DNA of 64,000 nucleotides from Sphagnum compactum (lineage: Eukaryota): NCBI GenBank assembly GCA_965153455.1, contig OZ234494.1, positions 372,001-436,000 on the forward strand. Direction: 5' to 3'. Numbering within the stretch: the stretch's first letter is position 1; each line of letters starts with the position of its first letter. Below, piece by piece: positions 40,717-54,727 of this stretch. Below the pieces are notes generated by a model. That model was not told the origin of the DNA. It saw only the letters and a list, made by a program, of their open reading frames with translations, and made no database searches. The position numbers and the translations under genes are program-made.

Positions 40717-41909
40717 GACCTAATTATCAAGCACCGTGCGGCAGGCCTGCCATCCTTGAACTCCAATTTCTTTATTGGCTCTGTCCTTCAGGGTACAGCA
40801 TTGGAATGCACCCAGCAGAGACGGGCTAAAATTTGGTATCCCTACATTCTTCTAGGGTGAGGTGGAGTCGCTCCCTATAGAAACATTTCCAACATAACTG
40901 AAGAAGGATCCCCTTGGGCTTCACCCTGCTAACCACTATGATGTGTTTCCAATTTAGTATGTTGAATAATAATGCTCTCTCCTGGAACGCCACTATCTTC
41001 AACACATAGTTCCTGTTTGATTCCAAACGAATCCATTCGCGACGCAATCTTTGAACCGTGTAAATCATGAGGCAAATCGACTTGATTCCAGGACGTCGCT
41101 ACAACTTCGAACATGTTCGCCAATTTTTTTTTATTGGCTCTGCCCTTCAGGGTATAGACATTGGGATGCACCAGAAACAGGCCCTACATTCCTGGGTCAT
41201 GTGGAGTCCACTATAGAAACACGTCTGGCATAAGTGCACTTGGAATTCACCATGCTAAGCACAATGTGTTTCCAATTTAGTATGTTGAATATTTATCATC
41301 ATCCTTATGGATGACATTTCAAGGGCAGAGTCATTATGCGACAAGCGGCTTGTTTTCCTTTTGTCAAGAACAGAACAACAGATCAAGATTCCAATGCAGC
41401 AGATTCCAAGTTACACGAATCTGTTTTCCATTCTTGGTCTAAGATATGTCAGGGTCTGCTACACATACTTCTTGTCTCGGACTCAAGCAGTAGATGATCA
41501 ATTGCGGGCCGCAAACTTTTTGGAGACCGGTGTGCTCAACGTACCCCGAAGTTTGCGAGCTCCTCCCAAATCAATGAATGCATACAACAGCAGCTCTCAA
41601 AATCTGATGCATCCCTGCAAAAACCAGAAATCCGCCTAAAAATTTGCCTTGCATCTACGGATTAGTTTCAAGATCTGCACGGACGAACAGATAGACCCCG
41701 ACAAACAAACAAACAAACAGACACACGTGAAAATTGGCGTAGCAACTCCAGAATGAATCCGCTTAGGTTCCATCAAAGCACAAGCAGAAGAAGAAAAAAT
41801 TGTTTCAAGAGCAAACAGGTTCAAGAACAAGACCATGGAGAGGCTATTATGGCTACGACGGTTGTGCTGGATGGGAATGTTGCGATTGGATTCGATGACA
41901 ACGCAACAC

Positions 41910-42225
41910 GCGGCAATCCGTCGTCGACGCACTCCACGACGGTCCTCCTCGACGCACACCACAGCGGCAATCGATCGTCGACGCACTCGACGAGCGTCCT
42001 TCTCGACGCACACCATGGTCCTCGGAAACTCCGCAAACCGTCCTCGAAAACTCCGGTCCTCGAGAACTCCGCCTTGTAGGCTTCTCGACGCACACCATGG
42101 TCCTCGGAAACTCCGCAACCGTCCCTCGAAAACTGGGCGCTGTAGGCTTCTCGACGCACACCCTGGTCCTCAGAAACTCCGCAACCGTCCGCGAAAACTC
42201 CGCTCCTCGAGAACTCCGCCCCGTA
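41910..42225. repeat. CpG-rich compound tandem repeat in the probable first exon/promoter of the 425-aa gene
   Basis: Three copies of TCTCGACGCACACC(A/C)TGGTCCTC(G/A)GAAACTCCGCAA.CGTCC..CGAAAACT (~42000, ~42082, ~42149), preceded by two CGGCAATC..TCGTCGACGCACTC.ACGA units. Confidence 0.8.
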
Positions 42226-43055
42226 GCGTGCTAACCGGGTTGGTTGCACATCGGGTTAAATTGAGACTGACAAAAAGAGGCTTCTACGCTCACAGCGTTT
42301 TACCTAACATATTGGGAGGGCACTTTTTGTGTGCATGAATATTTGTCCTACAAAAATAAAAATGATCCTACACCTATGCTCCTACACCTTCTCGTCAAGT
42401 GTGAGAGGGATCTTAAGCCTATACATATTGATGCAAAAGCCCTGGGAATAAGGTCCTTCCTGCCCTTATGGAGTGGTTGTGAGAATTCTCCCCATCCCAA
42501 GAAAGGCTTGCAATACAAGGTTTGCCTTGTGTTTTATGATGGGTAAAACGATCACATGGATAGTGTATGTTGGTGTTCTCAAATTGCCAGGTTGGGACTT
42601 GAGACTTGGCTAGTGCCTAGTTCTAGGCCCCTTGCTTTTTGGATTCTATATATGTCAAGCATGAGGTGAACAACATCGTGAACCTAAAGCACTCCGAGAA
42701 AATTTGTTTTGTTGTGGGATGCAGCTAAAGAATTTTTCACTTATTTTTTCTGTGTTAATTTGGCCAACTTTGGGGGGGGAGGAAGGGACGTCAATTGACC
42801 ATTTCCTATTAACAAGAGATTTCATCTTTCTATTGTTTCTTTAATAAAACATCATGAACAACCAACTCATAAGGTAATGGTTTTGTGTCAAGTTCAAAGT
42901 TCAAGCCAATAACAACAATTAAAATAGGAAATGTTTCATGAAGTTCCAAAAAGATGAAATCCATTGGTTCACATGTAAGAACTATGAACATTCCTCGAAA
43001 TGCGAGACCAAATAAAAAAATCAAATCATTATCATTCCATTGTCTTTTCATTTTA

Positions 43056-43268
43056 GGGTGCGTTCACACTTGGTGTTAGGCACTTTAGTGTAAAGTCCCC
43101 ACAATGTTATCATGTTAGTCATTTAGGACTTAAACCTAATTACCATGAAGATTTTATGTTAAGCTAACATTCATTTAATATTAAGCTATCACATATTTAA
43201 CATAGCCACCTAGGATGCCACCTAGAATTTCATTTAACAGTAACTTAACATCAAATGTGAATGCACCA
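43056..43268. mobile_element. Tourist-like MITE, copy 2 (inverted relative to copy 1)
   Basis: GGGTGCGTTCACACTTGG ... CAAATGTGAATGCACCA with flanks TTA/TGA. The interior is the reverse complement of 29489-29673 (e.g. TTTAGGACTTAA, TTTTATGTTAAGCTAACATTCA). Confidence 0.82.
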
Positions 43269-44605
43269 TGAGTCAACAATTTTATTTTTTTAATTATTTA
43301 TGTGTAGTGACATTTAAAGTTGAAATTAGTGTTGTCATGTTCTCGATTTTGAAAAGAATCTTCAGTTTTTGTGTTTAGTTATTTTTAATTTGATAAAACT
43401 TTGAGTGTGATTTTGAAATTTATGTTTCAGTTTTCAAAATCTTTCGTTTCTAAGACTTTTCAAAAAATATTGGAGCTTAATTTAATTTAAGATCCGGTTT
43501 AATTTCATCTCCGTTGTATGGAACTAAACCCAATAACTTGCCTAAATAAGTACCCATATTCATGGAATGAGATATTAGAGTAAGAGGAAATTGAGGATGA
43601 ACACAACTAGAAAAATAAATTTCAACCACCAATGAAACAAAGCAAAAAAAAAATAGTGAAGAGAAAAAGAGACTCATTTGTTTTCCTTTGGGCTTTGGGG
43701 CATGGGGGCTTGATTTGTTCATTTGGGCAAGGGGACCAAACTATCAATTCATTGAAGGTGGAACGATGAGTTGATAACCACCTAGATGCTATTGTATTGA
43801 TTTAGTAGTTCATTGAGTGAGAATTACAAAATAAGTTCAATTATATCTTGGGACTAAACAAAGAGGGGTAACACAACATTTTTCATCATTTTGTTTGCTA
43901 ATGTAACATGCAACCAACACCATCACAATTTATCCCATAAGGTTTGTCCAAAATGATTTCCAAAAAATAAAAACCCCAAGTCCAATTTTGGTTTGGTTCT
44001 TGAATTGTTTCATAAAATCATAATTGGTTATAGAAATTGTACTTGGTTCTTGGTTTAAAACCAAAAGTTAGTTGTCAATAAACCCTCGGTCCTAGACTAT
44101 TTTCCCCCAAAAAAATAATGTTCAACAATTTTTAATCCAATATTTTAACCATTGTCCAAGTTTTATCTGGTTCACCAAATTTCAAAAATATTTTTTTATA
44201 AAAAAATCAGATTCAATAATATTAAGTTCCTATAAGTAGCCAAAAATATAGAAAGGTATTAAAGTATGTTTTTTCATATTATTTTATAACCAAATTTTGG
44301 TAAATCATCAAATGGATGATCACCACTTTAGTCACATCACAAAATTGGGGAAAAAAACCCAAGCAATGTTTCCTTAACTTTTCCAAGTTGCTTGAATGCC
44401 ACGTGTAAGATCAATATAGCAAATCTGAAACTTTTTTTATAGGGTTGTTTGTGTGAATAGATTTTTTACATGGGTTAAAACTACGTACAATTGTGGATTT
44501 GTCCCCTCATGTCATGTCTAGAGGTGACCATCTCTTTTGTTGAATCAAACAATTGGCTACTTGAAAATTTTATGGGAAACTTTTGCATTGACATACCAAA
44601 GCCAC

Positions 44606-44643
<38 letters not shown>
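44606..44643. repeat. (AC)n microsatellite
   Basis: Direct reading. Confidence 0.9.
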
Positions 44644-44645
<2 letters not shown>

Positions 44646-45049
44646 CCAAGAAAAGATAAATTGACCCACATAAATGACGGTCACAAATACACACAAAAAT
44701 GCATTCTATTATGGGGGAATTGAACCTTACCCTTAAGCCTTTTCCTATTGCAACAATATTGACTTACACCAACAACACCACCCCACCCAAAATATACATA
44801 TTGCACACAACCTACAAGTATTAAATACACCGACCAAAAATGAAACTAATAGTTCTTGAAACTTGATTTGTTTTGTTGTGGCATTCAAACTTCCTTGCTC
44901 TTGAAAATTGGAACTTTGTAAAGCATATATTTGGGCTAGGTGACAATGTGAAAAAACTTTCATCTGTAAAACAACAACCAAAATTAGGGCATCAAAGAAC
45001 AAGCATGCATAAAAAGAATAGAAAGAAGTCGATAGAGACAAAGTTTACA

Positions 45050-46830
45050 AATGAACATTGAATAGTTCCAAAATTTCAAGTTTCAACATCAACTTGCATT
45101 GAAATTATATCACACTTTGTCATTCTTCCATTTGTTGAATTGTTAAATGGTAAGCAAATGACACTAAGCTAGTGTGAAACTTTTGTGCAAATATGTCCAT
45201 TACAAAATCTAAATGGTCTATGAATCTATTGCATAACTTAGACTTCATGAAGGCTAAAGTATTGAAACACTACTTATCTTCAATGCTAGTAATCATTTAA
45301 ATTGTTGTTAGCTCCACTAGCGTGAAATATTCAAAGATCATATGAATAAGCAAGGCTAAACCCAAAAGATCTTACCATAACTTAGTAACAACATCATGCG
45401 GTTCTTCCATGGCCTTTGCACAAATATTTGGCATAGTGAATTTGAACAATGATACTTACAAGTCGAAATTGTGTGCATCCAAGATTCTTAACAACCCCAC
45501 ATCTCACTTTTTTTTTTACGTTGGTAGCAAGATCTAATGAATGCATCTTACTACCAACATAAGAATGGCACTTAATGAATGCATCATTTCAACCAAAGGA
45601 ATCAAGCAATTATTTATAAAAAGCCAAAAGAACTTCCACATCACATATAAACTCAAGGTTAGCAACAACTTTTGGCCCACTTTGAGAATCAATTGCCATG
45701 AAGGAAGTCATATACTCTTCCATAACCCTTTTTGTTAAGTTTAACATGTTTATCTAATGGTTCTTGATTATTTTTTAAAATTTGTTGCCCTTAGTTTACA
45801 ACAACTTTACAAGCTTTTGAAATGCAATATGCCTCTTTGAACTTTTGTAAAAACAAGTGTATGGTGATTAGAACAAGGCTTCCAACCTTGACATCATTGG
45901 TAGCTTGTTCAATCTCTAAATCGTCAAGTTAGTGCAATGTGTCATGCCATGGACACCCAATCATGAATGGGGCATACTTTTCCTACAGTTACATAGTGAC
46001 CTTAGTTCATATCTTGTAGAAAACACTCATGTCCATTAACCCCAAAACTCACCAAACACCTTACTAATGTTTTTTGTGTTAAACTACCATTGATGATCAT
46101 TTAACTTCAAAAATCAATTGGGTGACTATCACACCTAGATCTTACTTGAACTTGCTATAGGGACAACATAATAGAAATTCAACGTCACTTTTAAACTACA
46201 TATGCATTAACAAAAACGTAATTCTGGTTGTCAATGAATGTCATTTCATCACAAGAAATTATAATGTAATTTGTTGCCTTCACAAATTTTTGAATGTTGT
46301 TCAACACTTCATTATGCATGTACTCAACCATCAACCAACCACTTGAATCAAACCAATATTTGGGAATGAAATTAAGTACTTTCAACTACTCAAGTAGATA
46401 TTTGTACCCCCATAATTAGTCATGGTTCTACTTTCATTAAAAAGGTGAAAGTTGGTTGTAAATTGCACCAATTTCATGTTATTGTCCTTGACATACATTA
46501 TGTTTAGTTGTTGCACCACATTGTCCTTATAAGTCAAAGTATTATGTAATGTCATTCTTGTGTTGTTAATTATCCTTCACATCATGAAAAGGCCTTTTGG
46601 CCACCTTTTTCATAACCATTTTAATTTTCCTTACCAACATATTTAGAAAGAGAATCTAATTTGGCAATAAGGATCTTGTTTTTCTTCTTGATTGTAAAAC
46701 AAATCATGCACCTCTTTCTTCAAAATCAAATCATCTTTTCTAACAACATTTTTAGTCAAAGTGAAGCATGCAATGCACACATATTGGAATTTTGTATGAA
46801 AGGCATGTTGGCTTTGTTTTTATGTCTTCT
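45050..46830 (-). mobile_element. Decayed hAT-superfamily / ZNF862-like transposase remnant
   Basis: 46191-46385 encodes KYWFDSSGWLMVEYMH...IIISCDEMTFIDNQ.. (first catalytic DE region). About 45920-45960 on the minus strand gives GVHGMTHCTNL, a decayed HCxAHxxNL motif. Heavily disrupted; boundaries are approximate and no TIRs were found. Confidence 0.65.
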
Positions 46831-49187
46831 TTATTTCTAGAATTCTTTCCAAGGAATCAAATGTAGATTTTGTGTTAGAAAAGAAACAATGCCACTAATC
46901 TTTGAATCTTGCATCAAATCAAACATTAAAAAGAATGAATGTTAGTAGATGTTGATCTTACAACATAGACTTCTTTTGAAGCTAACATTTCACTAGGAAA
47001 AAAATATTTATATTTCACATCATTAGGGGGTTTAACAAGATGTTTAGACAGAGCCATGTTACACACAACTAACAAAAAGAGGTTTGATTCAAGGTTTAGG
47101 GTTTGTTACAACTCATCACAAGTGCAAACAATCAATAAAAACACACAAAGCTACATAAAATATGATGTAGCTCGATGAAAAGAAATGGCAATTCAAATGA
47201 CAACATTATGTAAGATTGATGACAAAATGTGATCACAAAAGCAATTAGAGTTTTGCAATCTTTGGGAATTTTTTTCCTCATGACGATCTCAGGCAAGAAC
47301 TCAAATTCCAACATTTTATGAAGGCTTTTATGTAGATTCAACCATTGAATAATGACCTTTGTTTCACTATTAAAAAATGAAACATCTAAATTCTTTGAAA
47401 ATTAATCAACCCAAAAAAAAAACCCCCATTAAGACTAACACTATGAATAATTTCTAGTGAAATTTGTTACATTTAAGGTTATTGTCTACAAGAAGAAATG
47501 ATGGGTTGAAAAAAAAATTAAAATAAAACAGGAGAATTTATCTATGTTGGGATTTGTTTTTTTGCCTCAAAGTGAAACAATAAAATTTCATGGTGGGGAA
47601 AAAGCTCTGGATTTATGGAATAGTTAAATAAATTTTAACTTTTTAAAATCTTGATTTTGAAAATGAAAAAAAAAGGTAAGAATAATGGTAAAGTAAATGG
47701 ATCAAATTTTATAATAAGTGTTGAATTATTAATTATCAAATTATTGATGGATTGCCCCAGTTTACATTGCACAATTCTAAAATGTAAGCTTGGATATTTG
47801 AAATTGTCACAACAATTGCATAAGATTTTAATAAAATAATTTTAAATTTGTTTAATGTTCTTGCATTGTGTTTCAAAATTGAATAACAACCTTTTATCCA
47901 TTAAGTAATTTATAACATATCTAGGTGTTGCTAATGAAAAGTTTAAGAAGAAATTTTCATTTGCATTTTGATTTAGTCCCAATAATGCGTCAAGTTTTAT
48001 TTTGAAATCATGTTGGAAGACCCGTGTGAGCAATTAAATCCATACATCTAATCATTTGCAATATATTTCAATATGTACCTTACTGAAGATGGTATAATAA
48101 ATATGTATTATTCTCATCACTTTTGTTTTCATCGCTTTAATTTAATGTTCATTCTTTAATGATTCTTTTCAAATGTTTTAACAAAATGTTATGTTTCATT
48201 TTTATCTTCAAGAAATGAAAGATTTGTGTAAACAAATAAATCCATGCATCTTATATATTTCAATTCTAATATAAGAGCAAAGTAAAACTCGTATGCATTT
48301 CCAAGTTGCATTTTTAATATTGTAATAGTAGTCATCACTCGTAGTGCATGGCAATGCAAAACCCCAAGTTTTTTGAATTACAAACAAACATATATGGCCC
48401 ATGTAAAGCTAAAAACTCTGGATAAATCCAAGAATAAAAATTCTTGGCAACCAATGAGATGAAGTAACCTACACTCAAAGGGCCCAATTTTATTTGTTGT
48501 TGGATTTGGTTGTTGTTCCCAATCTGTTCTCATCAAGTTCTCATTTTGTTCTCATCATGGTTCTCAATATGTTCATCAAGTTTTCAATGTGTTCCCCAAC
48601 ATGTTCCCAATGGCAACACACTTTGTCCCATATGCTTTGCCCAAAGTTCTACTCTTGAAACTACATAAGCCAAGGGAGGGAAAAGACTCCTTTGAAGTAT
48701 ATCTACCTTGGGAGTATTTAAAGCTTGATTAATTTTCCTTGCAATGGGCCTATTAAAAAATGCCCAACAGAAAGGGGGAAAAAAACACCCTTTGGGGGTT
48801 CTCATAACTAATAAATAATGAGAGACATTAACTAAACTCCTTGAGAATCAATAAGTCCCACCAAAAATAGAGAAAAAACAAACCCCACCCCCCCCTCCCC
48901 CCCCCACAAGACGAAAAGAAGAGGAAAAAGAAAAATCCCCCCTTCAAAACGAACATAAACTACTACTAGTGTAATAATAATTGGTTTGCATTTATTATTA
49001 TTGACTGCAAGAAAGAAATAATGGGGTTGGAAAGACTGAAGAAAAAGAAGAAGATTTGTTTCAGTGTCGGGATTTTTTAGGGTTTTTTGGGAATTTGTTT
49101 CCAGAGAATTTGGAAGCAGCAGCAGCGTCGTTTGTAAGGGGAGGGGGGAGAGAGAGAGTTTTGTTGCAGTTGAGAGATTCAGGTGTC

Positions 49188-49189
<2 letters not shown>

Positions 49190-49222
<33 letters not shown>
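49190..49222. repeat. (CT)n microsatellite in the 5' region of PGAP3
   Basis: Direct reading. Confidence 0.9.
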
Positions 49223-49227
<5 letters not shown>

Positions 49228-49860
49228 CGTTCTTTCTGTGTGAGAATTGGAGATATATAGCGCCAGGGAAAAAAAAACCGCAGAAAATCAAATTGGTTTC
49301 TGTTTTGCTGGTTTTGTCGTAGTTGTTTCTTTTTTGAGATTTATCTAATTTTGTACTTCTTGTTAGGTTCAAGGGGTTATTTGCTTGGCGGAACAAAACT
49401 CAAAACGGCGGATTAGGGTTCAAGGAGCATCAAATGGCTTGTGTTTATAAATCTTTTTTGTTTTCTTTATAAAAAAAATTTAGCTTTCTTGAATTTTTTC
49501 TGGTGGTGCCAAAGAGTGTTTAGAGCTTGTTTTTTTTGTTTGTTTTTTTTAATTTCCTCTCAGAGTGGTTCTTAGAGTTTTGGTGATTTTGAAGCTTTTC
49601 TTTTGTTTTCTTTTGCTGTGCTTTTGAAGCTTTGTCTCTTTGTCCGTTTTCTTTTGTGTGTTCTTTCCTTCCCTCTGTGTGTGTGTGTTTGTCGTTGTTG
49701 TGTATGACTTCACTCTTCAGTGATCATCATGACAAGCCACACGTAGTGTTGTTAGGGTTTTAATTGGTTTCTTTGTTTTCTCATGATATCTTTGCAGTGA
49801 GTCATTTGCAGCAGCAGGCGGAGGAGAGGACACAAATAGGAGGAGGTTAAGGAGGGGAAG

Positions 49861-52807
49861 ATGAAGGTTCGGGGGCGATTCCTACTGTTATTGTTGCTGC
49901 AGCTGGTCTTTCTATCCCTTCTTTCCCTCTGCCATGCGAGTGCTGGAGATGATCAACCTCCTTATAAGTAGGGTTTCAATCCGCCTCTTTTCACCCTGGA
50001 AATGTTCTTTCTTTCTTCCTGTATTGTCTCTTAGAAATAACAGTCATCGTTTTCACAAAACATTGGACTAGACTGCATTCTGATGCCAGTTCTGTCCTCA
50101 GACTCTAGAGGGTCAATAGGATGCTTGCAAGGGGCTGAACATTGTAAGGATCCAGAAGCATTCAGTTATAGTTGTCAGTACCAGACAACATATCACATGA
50201 AATCAAGAAAAAAAGAAAAGAGAGAGGCCAAACTCTTACAAGGACAGACCCTTAAAAAGAGAAAAAAAAAGAGCCTCACACACAGATACAATACTTTTTG
50301 GTCTTTGCTCTTGTTTGCTTGTGCACTGAGTGTTAAAGCAAATCAGTGTTCCTGCTATCCAAATTTTAATCATCTTTTGCATCAAGCCAAAGGATTAATT
50401 CCATTGCCATGAAGTCAGGTGGCTAGGATTCATGGCCACCTTTGTATGGCAGTGTGGGTTCAAGAATCACTATCTAGTGATGCTAGACATCACCCTGCAG
50501 TGTTGCCCAACCAAGGTCTTAGAACCCAGGAGCTTCTGGCTCCCCCATGGAAAGAATTGTCCAATTGCCCTAACTACAGCAGCAATTGGAAAGTGTCCAC
50601 CTTTGAGAGAGTTGTCTCAAAAAATTGAAAAGCATGAAGAGATGCAACTTAGTCATGCCTGGTTGGTAAACTTCATTCTTTAGCTCTAATCCTTCGTAGG
50701 GGATATCCATTGGTCGATAGTAAGATTTCATTTTCAGATTGTCAATGGCATTCTATTGACCAAGAAGGATTTGTTGAATGGTACTCCTCTTTGTAATGAT
50801 GTGGTCAATATGATTCAGAAACAGAGTCACCAGATCTGGAACTAGATTCTTACACAATGGGCAATTTTAATGATGGAGATATTTTGCACAGGTCCTGTGT
50901 GGAAAGCTGCGAGAAGAGTGGGTGTGTAGACGACAGCTGCTTCAACAGCTGCAAGTTTCCTGTCGGCATTGATCCAGAGGGTGACCCATCATTGACTAAG
51001 TCTCTTGATTCTGCCTATGAATTGTTCTTGAAGGAACCTCTCTATCTGCGGTGGAAGAAATGGGACTGCACCAGTGAATGCAGGTATCAGTGTATGGTTC
51101 GGGAGGAGGCAAAGCGAGAATCCAATGGACAGCTTCCACTAAAATATCATGGGAAATGGCCTTTTGTCCGTTTCTTCAGTCTTCAGGTCTGTCCATTTGT
51201 TTTGTGCTCCATGTCCTAGTCAATAAGAGTATGCAGATGGCTTCGATCCAAAGGAGTACTCAGACTAGGCTATCTTGTCCATTTCAGTGTTCAACTGGTT
51301 CCCTAGTTTGAAAAGTTATAGCCATAACACAATCTCCACTGCATCTCTACATATAGGGTTCCCTATCTTTGTGTGATAGCCTTTGTGCCTACAAACCCAT
51401 GATCTTCACTCCATGTCTCACTGATTTGTGGTAGATGTGTGGCAGTGGAATAGCTTGAGGCAACATCATCTGTTCGTTACCCTCCCATGACAAGTTTCAT
51501 GTAGGTTTAGCAATCAAGATTGGAAACATTTCATAGCTGGAGTCTGCTAACAGACAGTCAAGTTCATCTGACTTCTCATGTTCGCATTGGTTGAGTTGTG
51601 CAGGAACCAGCATCTGTGGCATTTTCTGTGTTGAACTTGCTTGTCCATTTTCAAGGATTCTCTTCATTTTTGGTGCTGGTATATTACAAGCTTCCATTAT
51701 CTGTTCATGGTAGCCCTCATTATGAATATGTAAGCCTTTGGGCTGTTTATGGCCTGCTGTCAATGAATTCCTGGATCTGGAGCACAGTATTCCACTCACG
51801 GTTAGTACATGTAACTTCCTCATTTTCGTTTAATTCTAGACCACATGTGGTTGAACTTCCAACCTGCTCATCAGAACTGACAGAAACTCCAGGAAGACTT
51901 GAAACTTTCAGCACTCATTCATTTCATGGTTGTTTTGCATCGGCCAAAACTGACACAACAGTTCACCTTCAAAATTTCCTTTGTTGGATTAGAAATATGG
52001 GCAGCAGGGGCATCATTCAGACTTTGAACAGATGTTCTGTTAAAACATCCTCAGTTAAGATGTGTAGATTTTCCATGTATTACTTCTTCACTGGTTTTGC
52101 CTGGGTGATTTAAGGGCATTCCATTTGCTACTGTTTTGTCTGCAGGGATGTGCGTTTTACTGAGATGCTGGACTATTCTTCAGCAGTTGCATTGTTGGGC
52201 TACTCTTTGATTCTAGCAGTCATCAGAACAGGTGATATGCGGGCAGAGGCAGCACGAGTCATGGTGTCAGCTCCTATCACTGCATTTATCTCCACTCATA
52301 TTTTGTACTTGAACCTCTACAAGTTTGACTATGGTATGTTGTGTTCAACTTGTGATGTGGTTCACTGGAGGTCAAGCTTGAGTTTCCCATCTAAATTTGC
52401 TTACGAAACTTCCTGATCTCTGAGTGTGGATATGGAATATATGACAAAATGGAACTGAAACTGCAGAGGGTTCTGGCATGTGTGCAACAGGCTGGAATAT
52501 GCAGGTATGTGTTGTGATAGGTGTAACTCAGATGCTCCTGTGGGCAGTGTGGGCCTATCGTTCCTGTCACCCAGCTCGTTATAAGCTTCTCACGGTAGTC
52601 TTTGGTGCATCTCTGGCTATGCTCCTGGAGATTTATGATTTCCCTCCCTTGTGGGGAATTCTTGATGCTCATGCAATATGGCATGCCACAACAGTCCCCA
52701 TTACTTATCTCTGGTGGAGCTTCATCAAGGATGATGCAAAGTTCCGGACAAAATTACTCATCTCTAAGACTGAAGCAAAAGCCAACAAGTCAAGAAAATC
52801 ACAGTAA
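49861..52807 (+). CDS. PGAP3: Post-GPI attachment to proteins factor 3 (Per1-like, GPI remodelling)
   Basis: Exons 49861-49967, 50892-51186, 51604-51800, 52146-52333 and 52491-52807 join in frame: signal peptide MKVRGRFLLLLLLQ..ASAGD, then WDCTSECRYQCM, KYHGKWPFVR, QEPASVAFS.LNL, WSTVFHSRD..TEMLDYSSA, FDYGWNM, LEIYDFPP..LDAHAIWH, WWSFIKDDA. Confidence 0.95.
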
Positions 52808-54727
52808 CCTCTAATTTGTTCCCAAATTTGCACTTTCTTCGCTCTCTCAGCAAGCATTTGGCCATTGTTTCTGTAGAGGCTATTTGTCCCTCACTATCTT
52901 CCCCTCTAACTTTTATGTAGTCTCACACTGTTGCACTGTATTGTATCTGGTAATTCCTTAACTGCTCTCTGCAGATTTCTTGTGTTCATCTTCCTTCTCT
53001 ATTGTGTTAAGCTGGCTGCTTTTTCCCTCTTTCCCATCTTATCTCAGTTTCTGGTTGTTTCTCCTTTCTGGCTACAGTGATCTCCAGTGTGAAGTTGTGA
53101 ATACATGCAGAAAAACCTTGTCAACGCATCTTTGTGTTTGTCTTTATCAGGTTGCATCAATTGGTTCTCTCTTGCAGATGGGTTTTCGGTGAACCTGGTT
53201 GGTGTGTTTTCCTGGATGGCATACAAAATAATCAGCTCATTTCTTGGGGTAGATTGGTTAAGCTATATGTATGATGATCCAATCTTTGAGTCTTTGCCAG
53301 ATTTTTTTTCTGTTGCATAGATCATGGTTGCAAAGGATATTATCCAGAACAAAGAAATACTCTTTCCTACAGTAATAGTTGTTTTTAATGGGTATGACTG
53401 ACGCATGTCTGAGGTGCAAAACATAGTGCACCCATGGCAGATATGGAAAGCTATCTTTCATGCTTTTGTGGAGGACATGGACTCATTGTCATCTGTTATA
53501 GGTTGGCTTCAGCTCTAATCACTGAGGACAGGTGTAACCTTCTTTGAGCTTTGTTTGCAAGCTTTGCTTTGAAACAGAAGTGTGCACAGGAGACCATAGA
53601 AGTGCAAATGACATGTACCTGGGAAGGGAGATGTACTATGTACAAGCCTGTTATTCTACTGAGAATAGGAAAGAGCAGCTACCATATTCCTCAAACAAAC
53701 CCAAAAGAAAAAGCTTTGACCAGACATAACATGAAAGCTCCATTCTCAAAATTTCTCTCTTCACAGGAAATAAATGCATGCACCAAAGATCCAGAAATGT
53801 ATGTTTGGTCTATACTAATAGAATACTTCCATCCACCAAACAGAAATATTATTGCAAATGCAAGACATGAAACATATTTTGCAGAGGCATCATCAGCTCC
53901 TGCCAATAGGCGGAGGTGAATAGTCCATATTATACATCATCCAATTTACAAATTCCCTATCACAAGACTTTCCAAAACAGGAGGGAAGTGCTTATCATGC
54001 TATCTAGCTCAGTAAAAGATGAAAAGACAGGCCCGGAGTAACAATGCAAGAAATAACAACGCAAGAAGAGAAACAAATAAGCAGGAGAAATGTACATCCC
54101 TATGATTAAAAGTTGGCACCAGATTTCATACACTAGTTCAAGAGTTCCCTATTTTCCATAGAGATTGATCCGCCTACCCACCAACACTAAGTCTATAAGG
54201 CATAGTAATTCTCATTTGCTACAATCTATGACTGAGATAAAAAGCAAACCAGCAAATTCTTTCCATATGAATAATATCGAATCCAACATAGACTTCATGT
54301 CTGGCAACAATATATTTATCTGTATCCGGTAGGATAGATATATAGATCAGTAGATAGATAGATTGCCTTTGGGTGGTTTCAAGTATTGTCTCAAAGCCAC
54401 TTCTTAATCCAATATCTAGTTGCAAAAGATGTGAGCATGGTAAGCTTCTTGACCTATTTAGAACCCTTTTGTTCCTTTAGAGGCCGACAAGAAGGTCTTC
54501 TGACACATAAAGCTAATGAAACAAACTGAAAGTGATTCACACATGCACAAACAAAATACTGCAAAATGCTGGTTATTACATTGTTATACACAGCTCACCA
54601 CAAACAGAGAACAAAGACAGGAAGGTTCTTAGTGTCCATTTGAGAACCCCTTCTTGACTGGAACACCCTGGACACAACACACACACACACAGACAAACAT
54701 ATATGACGACTGCCCGCCTGGTGTCTT

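Noticed and set aside
40720..41620. Conserved peptide uORF of S1-bZIP or SAC51 type
   Set aside because: The frames I translated did not match the remembered peptide motifs.
41636..42338. Several overlapping 100-170-aa ORFs
   Set aside because: Explained by the GC-rich tandem repeat, which lacks stop codons; no family resemblance.
48480..48830. GTTCTCATCAAGTT/GTTCCC-rich tract (and 36790-37080) that look like interspersed repeats
   Set aside because: Single copy in this window with no definable termini; cannot be supported without a genome-wide search.
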